From positions 1-15,220 of the forward strand of contig JAQGDQ010002093.1 of the NCBI GenBank assembly GCA_030141605.1: a stretch of 15,220 nt of DNA, read 5' to 3'. Origin of the DNA: Tubiluchus corallicola (Eukaryota > Animalia > Priapulida). A program made the position numbers and the translations under genes. Shown here one piece after another: positions 1 to 10,065 of the stretch. The notes under the pieces are model-generated. The model was not told where the DNA came from. It saw only the letters and a program-made list of their open reading frames with translations, and searched no databases. Each line of letters starts with the position of its first letter. Position 1 is the first letter of the stretch.

Positions 1-2033
1 GAACATTGTTCAGAGTGTTGGCATTCATAGTTCAGGGTATTGGTTTTGCTAATCATGTAAGTGATGACTGAACATTGTTCAGAGTGTTGACATTCATAGT
101 TCAGGTTATTGGTTTTGCTAATCATGTAAGTGATGACCGAACATTGTTCAGAGTGTTGGCATTCATAGTTCAGGGTGTTGGTTTTGCTAATCATGTAAGT
201 GATGACTGAACATTGTTCAGAGTGTTGGCATTCATAGTTCAGGGTATTGGTTTTGCTAATCATGTAAGTGATGACTGAACATTGTTCAGAGTGTTGGCAT
301 TCATAGTTCAGGGTATTGGTTTTGCTAATCATGTAAGTGATGACTGAACATTGTTCAGAGTGTTGGCATCCACAGTTCAGGGTATTGGTTTTGCTAATCA
401 TGTAAGTGATGACTGAACATTGTTCAGAGTATTGGCATTCATAGTTCAGGGTATTGGTTTTGCTAATCATGTAAGTGATGACTGAACATTGTTCAGAGTG
501 TTGGCATTCATAGTTCAGGGTATTGGTTTTGCTAATCATGTAAGTGATGACTGAACATTGTTCAGAGTATTGGCATTCATAGTTCAGGGTATTGGTTTTG
601 CTAATCATGTAAGTGATGACTGAACATTGTTCAGAGTGTTGGCATTCATAGTTCAGGGTATTGGTTTTGCTAATCATGTAAGTGATGACTGAACATTGTT
701 CAGAGTATTGGCATTCATAGTTCAGGGTATTGGTTTTGCTAATCATGTAAGTGATGACTGAACATTGTTCAGAGTGTTGGCATTCATAGTTCAGGGTATT
801 GGTTTTGCTAATCATGTAAGTGATGACTGAACATTGTTCAGAGTGTTGGCATTCATAGTTCAGGGTGTTGGTTTTGCTAATCATGTAAGTGATGACTGAA
901 CATTGTTCAGAGTGTTGGCATTCATAGTTCAGGGTATTGGTTTTGCTAATCATGTAAGTGATGACTGAACATTGTTCAGAGTGTTGGCATTCATAGTTCA
1001 GGTATTGGTTTTGCTAATCATGGTGATGACTGAACATTGTTCAGAGTTTGGCATTCATAGTTCAGGTATTGGTTTTGCTAATCATGTAAGTGATGACTGA
1101 ACATTGTTCAGAGTGTTGGCATTCATACAACACAACAAAAACAACAGTTCAGAGTATTGGTTTTGCTAATCATGTAAGTGATGACTGAACATTGTTCAGA
1201 GTGTTGGCATTCATACAACACAACAAAAACAACATGTTCAGGGTACTGGTTTTGCTAATCATGTAAGTGATGACTGAACATTGTTCAGAGTGTTGACATT
1301 CATAGTTCAGGGTATTGGTTTTGCTAATCATGTAAGTGATGACTGAACATTGTTCAGAGTGTTGGCATTCATAGTTCAGGGTATTGGTTTTGCTAATCAT
1401 GTAAGTGATGACTGAACATTGTTCAGAGTGTTGGCATTCATAGTTCAGGGTATTGGTTTTGCTAATCATGTAAATGAAGACTGAACATTGTTCAGAGTGT
1501 TGGCATTCATAGTTCAGGGTATTGGTTTTGCTAATCATGTAAGTGATGACTGAACATTGTTCAGAGTGTTGGCATTCATAGTTCAGGGTATTGGTTTTGC
1601 TAATCATGTAAATGATGATTGAACATTGTTCAGAGTGTTGGCATTCATAGTTCAGGGTATTGGTTTTGCTAAACATGTAAGTGATGACTGAACATTGTTC
1701 AGAGTGTTGGCATTCATAGTTCAGGGTATTGGTTTTGCTAATCATGTAAATGATGACTGAACATTGTTCAGAGTGTTGGCATTCATAGTTCAGGGTATTG
1801 GTTTTGCTAATCATGTAAGTGATGACTGAACATTGTTCAGAGTGTTGGCATTCATAGTTCAGGGTATTGGTTTTGCTAATCATGTAAGTGATGACTGAAC
1901 ATTGTTCAGAGTGTTGGCATTCATAGTTCAGGGTATTGGTTTTGCTAATCATGTAAGTGATGACTGAACATTGTTCAGAGTGTTGGCATTCATAGTTCAG
2001 GGTATTGGTTTTGCTAATCATGTAAGAGATGAC
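1..2033. repeat. 69-bp minisatellite, ~29 near-identical copies, runs off the window start
   Basis: Unit GAACATTGTTCAGAGTGTTGGCATTCATAGTTCAGGGTATTGGTTTTGCTAATCATGTAAGTGATGACT read directly. It contains a CTGAACA-T-TGTTCAG palindrome across unit joins and CAT|GTAAGT in most units. Confidence 0.99.
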
Positions 2034-2567
2034 TTGTTCTTGTTTAGGTATGTGTTCTTTCTCCTAACGAAAAAAACAGCTTGAATTTATGTTAATTTAG
2101 TAACTTGAGATCCGATTCAAAATATAGATTACCATGGGGTCTTTAGAGGCATTATTCTGAACATAGGGCCACCAGCTTACCCCATCCCCACCCCCACTAG
2201 GTCTATTATGCCGCTTATACCACTGTCTGCTACCCAGGGAATACACTTCTCATCTGTGAACGATATCATACGTATAATTTCTAGAGAAAGAATTCAACTC
2301 TTGTGCTTGAGCAGAACTCAAGTTTTGGCGCAAAAACGGGCAAAGAATGGCCATTTTTGGAAGTTTTTTGGCCAAGTTCTGCCCAGTGGTCTTGGGTTCG
2401 AAGAGTAAACCGTCAATGAAATGACACTAAATCAGGAACTTTCCTGTCAAATGCTGTAACCTCGAATCATGTAGTCGATTTTTATTCATTGGCTTCTCAT
2501 AAATACGTTAACAGATGCACAAAAATTCTTTTAAACCTACCAAAATAAAAATCTGTAAGCAGCAAAA

Positions 2568-2820
2568 TGTATTGCTTTAAAAGCTTGAGTACTGTTTTAA
2601 GTTCCAGAATTTTTTTAAACTCGAGTATTTGTTTTAAGCTTGAGTATTGTTTTAAGCATGAGAATTGTTTTAAATTTGAGAATTGTTTTAAGCTTGAGAA
2701 TTGTTTTAAACTTGAGAATTTTTTAACCTTGAGTATTGTTTTAAGCTTGAGAATTTTTTAAGCTTGAGTATTGTTTTAAGCTTGAGTATTGTTTTAAGCT
2801 TGAGAATTGTCTTAAGCTTG
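2568..2820. repeat. 18-bp minisatellite (AAGCTTGAGWATTGTTTT), ~14 degenerate copies
   Basis: Visible 18-bp periodicity with repeated AAGCTT; explains the CFKLEN pseudo-ORF. Confidence 0.95.
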
Positions 2821-3143
2821 CTCTGCTATGAATTTTCTCAAGGTTTTGAGGTCTTTAGAGCTCACCTAACGTAATAGACAGATTTACAAAGCGAAGTGTT
2901 TCCAGTAAGCAAATTAGTTGCATTTAATCTATTATCTGCCATATGAAAGGTGGCACCTTGACATGAAATCATTTCATTTTACTAAAATTTTGAAACATTT
3001 TGCAAAGTTCCTGTTTTCAAGTTTCTGTAGTTATTGACTTTCTCAACATTTCCTATTCTAGTGTGACGATTATGATATTGCAAACAAAACTTGCAATCAG
3101 GTTCAACGTTGTACAAAAATTTTCTTCATTTTTCATTTTACAG

Positions 3144-3408
3144 ATGCTGCATTTGAAATTACAGTAATCAAGGGTTTCCCATTAAATATTCAGTTTCTTG
3201 ATGATTCTCCTAATGGTGGCATTAATTATCCTCCCACAAATGAGACTGTCTTAGAAGGAATCACTATGTGTTTGAGGATGAGAGCAGACTATTCAGCGAG
3301 TGACAAAGAGGTCCTGTTTCTCTACACTAAAGGGGGACTCGACTTTGAAATCCACATGTTTCAAGAGGAAAATGTCGACGAAACACTGACAATAACAGCT
3401 GCAACATT
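3144..3408 (+). CDS. Internal exon, N-terminal half of a pentraxin/LamG-like domain
   Basis: Acceptor tttcattttacag| and donor TT|gtgagt. The phase-1 frame reads xAAFEITVIKGFPLNIQFLDDSPNGGINYPPTNETVLEGITMCLRMRADYSASDKEVLFLYTKGGLDFEIHMFQEENVDETLTITAAT. 'ITMCLRMR...VLFLY' resembles the pentraxin 'FTvClw.r...lfSY' strands. It joins in frame to 4054 (TT+G=Leu). Confidence 0.88.
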
Positions 3409-3933
3409 GTGAGTATAGCATCAGGTAGCTGCAACATTGTGAGTATAGCATCAGTTAGCTGCAACATTGTGAGTATAGCATCAGGTAGCTGTCTCATTGT
3501 GAGTATAGTATCAGTTAGCTGTCTCATTGTGAGTATAGTATCAGTTAGCTGTCTCATTGTGAGTATAGTATCAGGTAGCTGTCTCATTGTGAGTATAGTA
3601 TCAGGTAGCTGTCTCATTGTGAGTATAGTATCAGGTAGCTGTCTCATTGTGAGTATAGTATCAGGTAGCTGCAACATTGTGAGTATAGTATCAGGTAGCT
3701 GTCTCACTGTGAGTATAGTAACAGGTAGCTGTCTCATTGTGAGTATAGCATCAGGTAGCTGTCTCATTGTGAGTATAGTATCAGTTAGCTGTCTCATTGT
3801 GAGTATAGCATCAGGTAGCTGTCTCATTGTGAGTATAGCATCAGGTAGCTGTCTCATTGTGAGTATAATAACAGGTAACTGTCTCACTGTGAGTATAGTA
3901 TCAGGTAACCATCTTATTGTGAGTATAGCATCA
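3397..3933. repeat. 30-bp minisatellite, 18 copies, overlapping the exon end and its splice donor
   Basis: Unit AGCTGTCTCATTGTGAGTATAGYATCAGGT, with GTGAGTA at 3409, 3439 ... 3919. The first units carry the exonic GCAACATT variant. Confidence 0.98.
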
Positions 3934-4053
3934 TTTTGGAATGATATTTAAACAAAGCAGCATCATGTGTGTTTGTGTTTGTGCGCGCACACACGTGTAT
4001 GAGTGTGTTGATGATAATACATGCTTTTTCTTTATTTGCACTTTTCATTTCAG

Positions 4054-4465
4054 GACAGTGGAAAAGCATTTTCCTTCAAATTCTTATTTCAACAACCAGT
4101 GGAATTTTCTCTGCTTCACTTGGTCAGCTGCTGATGGTCATCTCATCGTGTACAGAAACGGCGTACAAGTTTACGAAAACAACGAGGGTCAAGCGACAAC
4201 AATTCAGCCTGACCCCTTTGAGCAATTCTTTATACAAATGTCAACAGATTTTGCTTATCATGGCAATGTTAAACCTTTTATAAAACTTGCCGGTGCAAAC
4301 ATTTACAATTTTGCTCTGCCCCATGAGTATATTCAGGAGTTATACAGCCACTGTCATCTGACTTTGAACTTTGGCAACATCTTGACCTGGCAAGATATTG
4401 AAAACTTGTACTGGACAACAAATGGACAACCTGGGATTAACAACTCGACATGTCTTGTTAACTAG
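4054..4465 (+). CDS. Probable terminal coding exon, C-terminal half of a pentraxin-like domain
   Basis: Acceptor cttttcatttcag|. WNFLCFTWSAADGHLIVYRNG resembles the pentraxin 'WhHxCxTWxSxxG...y.dG' motif; later 'IQELYSHC...GNILTW' resembles the pentraxin C-terminus. Stop TAG at 4463-4465. Confidence 0.9.
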
Positions 4466-4802
4466 ATAAACAATTAACGTTTGTCTGGCAACTGACTGCT
4501 TAACAGACTGACCAATTTAATGATTGATTAACTGAAAAAGTAGTTAGCTATGCTAGCTAAGATCCTGTGCAAGCTTCTTATAAAAAAACTCCAACAGTAT
4601 TACTCTAAAAGCAAAAATGCTGTTAATTCTTTAAACAAAGTTTAAGAAATTTTAAGAAATGAAATAATTGACTTACATAGTTCATCTGTAAGAGTCGTTA
4701 GTCAGTCGTATTACGAAATTTTAACTTGCTACAGACTAATAAGTTTCTGATGTATCTCAGTCTAAGGTTCTGATTTAAAACTTCTGACTTTCATTTGCTG
4801 AG

Positions 4803-6449
4803 ATTGTTTCCTCTAGATGTGATTGTATCCTTTCCAGTGTGATATCTTTATAAAAATAAGTGGTTAGTGATTTAATACCTTTGTTCTTTTTTATTTGCCA
4901 TGCTTTTGTTTCCTCTAGATGTGATTATATCCTTTCCAGTGTGATATCTTTATAAAAATAAGTGGTTAGTGATTTAATACCTTTGTTGTTTTTTATTTGC
5001 CTTGCTTCTGTTTCCTCTAGATGTGATTGTATCCTTTCTTATGCGATATCTTTACAAAAATAAACTGTGGCTAGTAATTTAATGATTTTGTTTTATCATA
5101 TGCCGTGATTGTTTCCTGTAGATGTCATTGTATCCTTTCCAGTGTGATATCCTTACAAAAATAAGTGGTTAGTGATTTAATACCTTTGTTCGTTTTTCTT
5201 TGCCATGCTTCTGTTTTCTGTAGATGTGATTGTATCCTTTCCAGTGATATATCTACAAAAATAGACAGTGGCCAGTGATTTAGTACTTTTTTTACTTGCT
5301 GTGATTTTGTTTCTTCTAGATGTGATTGTATCTTTTCCTCTGTGATATCTTTACAAAAATAAGTGTCGATTTAAAACTTTTGTTTTTTTATTTGCTGTGA
5401 TTCTCTTTCTTCTAGATCTGATTGTATCCTTACCACTGTGATATCTTTTCAAAATTGAGTGGCAAGTGATTTAGTACTTTTGGTTTTTTACTTACCATGC
5501 TTCTGTTTCTTCTAGATGTGGTTGTCTCCTTTCCTAAGTGACATCTTTACAATGATAAACTGTAGCCAGTAATTTAATACTTCTGATTTTTATTTGCTGT
5601 GACTTTCTTTCTTCTAGATATAATTGCAACTTTTACAGTGTGATATATTTACAAAATTGACCGTGGTCAGTAATTTAATACTTCTGATTTTTATTTGCTG
5701 TGATTTTCTTTCTTCTAGATATAATTGCAATTTTTACAGTGTGATATATTTACAAAATTGACCGTGGTCAGTAATTTAATACTTCTGATTTTTATTTGAT
5801 GTGATTTTCATTCTTCTAGATGTGATTGTATCCTTACCACTGTGATATCTTTTCAAAATTGAGTGGCAAGTGATTTAGTACTTTTGTTTTTTTACTTACC
5901 ATGCTTCTGTTTCTTCTAGATGTGATTGTATCCTTTCCAGTGTGATATATCCAGAAAAATAAACTGTGGCTGGTAATTTAATGATTTTGTTTTATCATTT
6001 GCCGTGATTGTTTCTTCTAGATGTGATTGTATCCTTTCCAGTGTGATATATCCAGAAAAATAAGTGTCGATTTAATACTTTTATTCGTTTTATTTGCCGT
6101 GATTTTGTTACTTCTAGATGTGATTGTATCTTTTCCTCTGTGATATCTTTACAAAAATAAGTGTCGATTTAATACTTCTATTTTTTTATTTGCTGTGATT
6201 TTCTTTATTCTAGATATAATTGCAACTTTTACAGTGTGATATATTTACAAAAATTGACCGTGGTCAGTAATTTAATACTTCTGATTTTTATTTGACATGA
6301 TTTTCATTCTTCTAGATGTGATTGCATCTTTTACAGTGTGATATATTTACAAAAATTGACCGTGGTCAGTAATTTAATACTTTTGATTTTTATTTGATGT
6401 GATTCTCTTTATTCTAGATGTGATTGTATCCTTTCCAGTGTGATATCTT
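4803..6449. repeat. Diverged ~96-103-bp tandem repeat, ~16-17 units with subtypes
   Basis: 17 recurrences of a pyrimidine tract plus TAGAT(G/A/C)T, spaced ~100 bp apart from 4813 to 6415; many substitutions and indels between units. Confidence 0.96.
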
Positions 6450-7004
6450 GAGCCGTTAAAAATATAAAACTCCAAAAAATTAGCATCAGTAATTTCATGT
6501 ATTTGCCTTTTTTGACCGTTAACATAAATGGATAATAAATCGTTAAACAAACTAATGTCCTATTTATAGGTTAGTATTTTAGTTTACATAACTGGGCCAG
6601 ATGAATGTCCCAAAACTTATGATGTAATATGGATTTATATGAAAACTGCACAGGGTTAAAATCGGCCATTAAACGATCAACTGCTGACAAAAGCGACGTT
6701 CGTCCACTGCTAGGTTACTCTTGCACTGTCTGACAATACTGCTGTGTCAATGCACTAATGTACTGCAGTGAGAGAGGCGCACAGTAGACAATAACTCGCG
6801 TTAGTAAATTATCATTCGTGTATTCTCTCACTGTTGACTTGCTTAAGCGTCCATGACGATTTAAAGTATCTGACACCCGGTCTGAATAGGGCAAGCCTGT
6901 TCTGAAGTCGATTTGCCATAATTGTTGTTAATTTTGCACAATAGCACAAACATGTTTTCGTGTAAAAACCATAAAACTGCACTTGCCATACGGCTAACGA
7001 CTCA

Positions 7005-7589
7005 AGCAATAGACGCAGGCAAATGACGTACATTCTACGTTTTCTATGACGCCGCAAGAACACGACCAATCAGAGAAGAGAGATCATATGCACTCATGTG
7101 ATTTTTTGTTCTGTAATTTAAGTTACAATTTAAATGAAACAATTTAAATAACGTTTTTATGATGGCTTTTTAAATGCGAATTTTCATTTGGGTGATCGAT
7201 GTCAATTTACAATCAGAAAGTTGTTTCAATTTTGCTAAAGAATAATGTAGCTTTGCCAAGACAATTTTGCATTAGTGTCTTTCTTGTTTGGTTTTAAATT
7301 TAAAGTGTTACTATATTTGTAACACCTGCTTGTCAAAATTGTGACTTTTGCTTGTCAAAATTGTGACTTTTGCTAGTCACAATGTAAATTGACATCGATC
7401 ACCCAAATGAAAATTCGCATCATTAAAAAGCCATCATAAAAACGTTATTTAAATTGTTTCATTTAAATCGTAACTTAAATTACAGAACAAAAAATCACCA
7501 GCACATATGATCTCACTTTTCTGATTGGTCGTGTTCTAGCGGTGTCATAGAAAACGTAGAATGTACGTCAATCACATGCGTCTATTGCT
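7005..7589. repeat. Long inverted repeat, ~207-bp arms (7005-7211 / 7383-7589), ~171-bp spacer; foldback/MITE-like or a template-switch product
   Basis: AGCAATAGACGCA...GATCGATGTCAATTTACA is the reverse complement of TGTAAATTGACATCGATC...TGCGTCTATTGCT, with scattered mismatches and small indels. Confidence 0.95.
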
Positions 7590-8811
7590 GTGACTTTTGC
7601 TAGCCAAAACTGTGACTTTTGCTAGCCAAAACTGTGACTTTTGCTAGACGAAATTGCGACTCTTGCTAGTGACTTTTGCTAGCCAAAATTGCGACTTTTG
7701 CTAGTCAAGCTTGTGAACTTTTGCTAGACAAAATTGTGACTTTTGCTAGTCAAACTTGTGAACTTTTGCTAGACAAAATTGTGACTCTTGCTAGACAAAA
7801 TTGTGCCTTTTGCTAGACAAAATTGTGACTTTTGCTAGTCAAAATTGTGAACTTTTGCTAGTCAAAATTGTGACTTTTGCTAGACAAAATTGTGACTTTT
7901 GCTAGACAAAATTGTGACTTTTGCTAGCCAAAATTGCGACTTTTGCTAGACAAAATTGCGACTTTTGCTAGACAAAATTGTGACTTTTGCTAGACAAAAT
8001 TGCGACTTTTGCTAGACAAAATTGTGACTTTTGTTAGCCAAAATTGTGACTTTTGCTAGCCAAAATTGTGACTTTTGTTAGCCAAAATTGTGACTTCTGC
8101 TTGACAAAATTGCGCCTTTTGCTAGCCAAAATTGCGACTTTTGCTAGTCAAACTTGTGAACTTTTGCTAGACAAAATTGTGACTTTTGCTAGTCAAACTT
8201 GTGAACTTTTGCTAGACAAAATTGTGACTCTTGCTAGACAAAATTGTGCCTTTTGCTAGTCAAAATTGTGACTTTTGCTAGTCAAACTTGTGAACTTTTG
8301 CTAGTCAAAATTGTGACTTTTGCTAGTCAAACTTGTGAACTTTTGCTAGACAAAATTGTGACTTTTGCTAGCCAAAATTGTGACTTTTGCTAGACAAAAT
8401 TGTGACTTTTGCTAGCCAAAATTGTGACTTTTGCTAGTCAAGCTTGCGAACTTTTGCTAGACAAAATTGTGACTTTTGTTAGCCAAAATTGTGACTTTTG
8501 CTAGCCAAAATTGTGACTTTTGCTAGCCAAAATTGCGACTTTTGCTAGTCAAAATTGTGACTTTTGCTAGCAAAATTGCGACTCTTGCTAGCCAAAATTG
8601 CGACTCTTGCTAGCCAAAATTGTGACTTTTGCTAGCCAAAATTGTGATGTTTGCTAGCAAAATTGCGACTTTTGCTAGCCAAAATTGCGACTCTTGCTAG
8701 CCAAAATTGCAACTCTTGCTAGCCAAAATTGCGACTTTTGCTAGCCAAAATTGTGACTTTTGCTAGTCAAACTTGTGAACTTTTGCTAGACAAAATTGTG
8801 ACATTTGCTAG
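7589..8811. repeat. 22-bp quasi-palindromic minisatellite (TTTTGCTAGNCAAAATTGTGAC), ~55 copies, plus ~2.5 detached units at 7327-7380
   Basis: CAAAATTG recurs at 7863, 7885, 7907 etc.; 21- and 23-bp variants are also present. Confidence 0.98.
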
Positions 8812-8937
8812 AAAATGCATATTGTGTAGTTCGGTTGGTGCAAAATGAAATAAAGCTTCATTTTAATCTTAGACTTAATCTAAGTGGTTTTTGTTTACAA
8901 TTTTTACACATATAGGTCATTACAAAGAACAGTAAAT

Positions 8938-9005
8938 AATTTATAGTTCATTATTCTAAAACTGTAAACAATTTATAGTTCATTATTCTAAAACTGTAAA
9001 CAATT
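8938..9005. repeat. 32-bp perfect tandem duplication
   Basis: AATTTATAGTTCATTATTCTAAAACTGTAAAC occurs twice in tandem. Confidence 0.93.
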
Positions 9006-9715
9006 GTATGGTTCTACTGCCTCAGTAATAATGATATAGGCTGTTTAAAAATGTTAAAATATGATTTATTTACTATTTGATTCAATGGCAATAATCCTTT
9101 ACACAGTTCCAGTGATTGATGATGATCATAAAAAGGTCAAAGGTTAAGTTAAGCAGACAACGCATTTGTGTACACTTGACAACGCCTAGCAGCCCTTGCT
9201 ATTTAAATAGTAACAGTTTTAACAGCTAGCTAGAACCTTACCTAGTTCATTTTTACTTGTTCCCAAGCAACATCCTGCTAGTAAATCACCCTATACACAG
9301 AGTAAGTCCAAGAAAAAACTGAAGTTACTGAACTGATGCAACAGACGACTTGTTTTACCCACATGTCATGTGATGGTTGTAGTTAAGAAGCGCTACTGTG
9401 GTACACTTAACCTTTGGCAAACCGAGATGTGAGTGTAAAAGTATTAAAGCTTTATAGTCCAAAAATTGCAATAAAACAGCATAATTTAAAGGCCACAAGA
9501 AAAGAGAGGGATGGATGAAGAGAAGGAAGCGGAACAAAAGCGCCAGAGAAGCTGCGTCGATGTGGAAGCTGAAGCTGCACCAATGACAATGATGATGTTG
9601 ATGATGGTGACAGAATTGTAACATCTTCATTAAACTGGCTTCGTTGATTTTTTAACATCTAAACATGTAAAATGTAACAACCACTAAAAGCACATCAGTA
9701 ATTTTGCTTTCAACT

Positions 9716-9721
9716 TTTATT
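9716..9721 (-). promoter_or_regulatory. Candidate polyadenylation signal overlapping the stop codon
   Basis: The minus strand reads AGC TAAATAAAAG. AATAAA is common by chance in AT-rich DNA. Confidence 0.3.
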
Positions 9722-10012
9722 TAGCTTCTCTTTTCTTTGTCTAGCTTTCTCTTCTTTTCGTGTTCACTTTTCTCTTCAGCCGATTGTGTCTGTCCATCCT
9801 TCATCCTTCTTTTCGGCGCTTTCCGCTTTCCCCGCTTCTGGTTTTGTTCGGACTTTTTCGTCTTTTCGTATTTCGATTTTCCCGCCGCCTTCGTGGTCCG
9901 ATCCTCTTCAGGTTTCGTCGCTTGACGTTCCTTAACTTTGCCTCCTTGCTTTTGTGCGTCGTCCTTTTTCAGGTATGGCTTCACAGTTTCCAATGAGACC
10001 TCTTTCCACTTG
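9721..10012 (-). CDS. Last coding exon of the minus-strand gene, Lys/Arg/Glu-rich tail (NLS/nucleolar-signal-like)
   Basis: Acceptor ctaat...ttgttccctttctag|C AAG TGG; reads KWKEVSLETVKPYLKK...KRKLDKEKRS*. Phase matches the upstream exon (AG+C=Ser). GC content is higher than the flanks. Confidence 0.88.
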
Positions 10013-10065
10013 CTAGAAAGGGAACAATTAAACGTGTCATTAGAGGCGCATTAACCAACAGACTA

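Noticed and set aside
1170-2021. 283-aa minus-strand ORF of 23-aa repeats
   Set aside because: It results from a 69-bp (multiple of 3) unit lacking a stop in one frame; it is broken by indels near 1000-1170 and has no gene context.
1-2033. CRISPR array, or tandem C/D snoRNAs (GTGATGA next to CTGA)
   Set aside because: There are no unique spacers or cas genes and the context is eukaryotic; the C- and D-like boxes are directly adjacent, with no terminal stem or recognisable guide.
2138-2860. 11-bp direct repeat GGTCTTTAGAG (2138, 2850) and short GTCTATTA/TAATAGAC inverted match as element ends
   Set aside because: Too short, and not arranged as consistent TIR plus TSD; plausible by chance.
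3327-3951. 186-aa and 180-aa ORFs over the 30-mer (LRR-like 'QLPDTILTM')
   Set aside because: Translations of the intronic 30-bp array; the true frame is the spliced pentraxin one.
3941-4053. N-terminal part of the 174-aa ORF (MIFKQ...CVCVC)
   Set aside because: Intronic TG-rich and pyrimidine-tract sequence upstream of the acceptor at 4053.
6812-7069. 85-aa minus ORF, and ORFs 2208-2408, 8053-8259, 10589-10771
   Set aside because: No recognisable motif or convincing splice boundaries; most overlap repeats or MITE interiors.
9355-9658. Minus-strand ORFs and a possible alternative last exon (catgtttag|xVKKSTKPV*)
   Set aside because: The acceptor is plausible, but there is no convincing donor in the preceding exon; more likely 3' UTR or flank with GAT/CAT low complexity.
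9737-9996. Plus-strand Phe/Ser-rich ORFs
   Set aside because: Antisense shadows of the Lys-rich exon.
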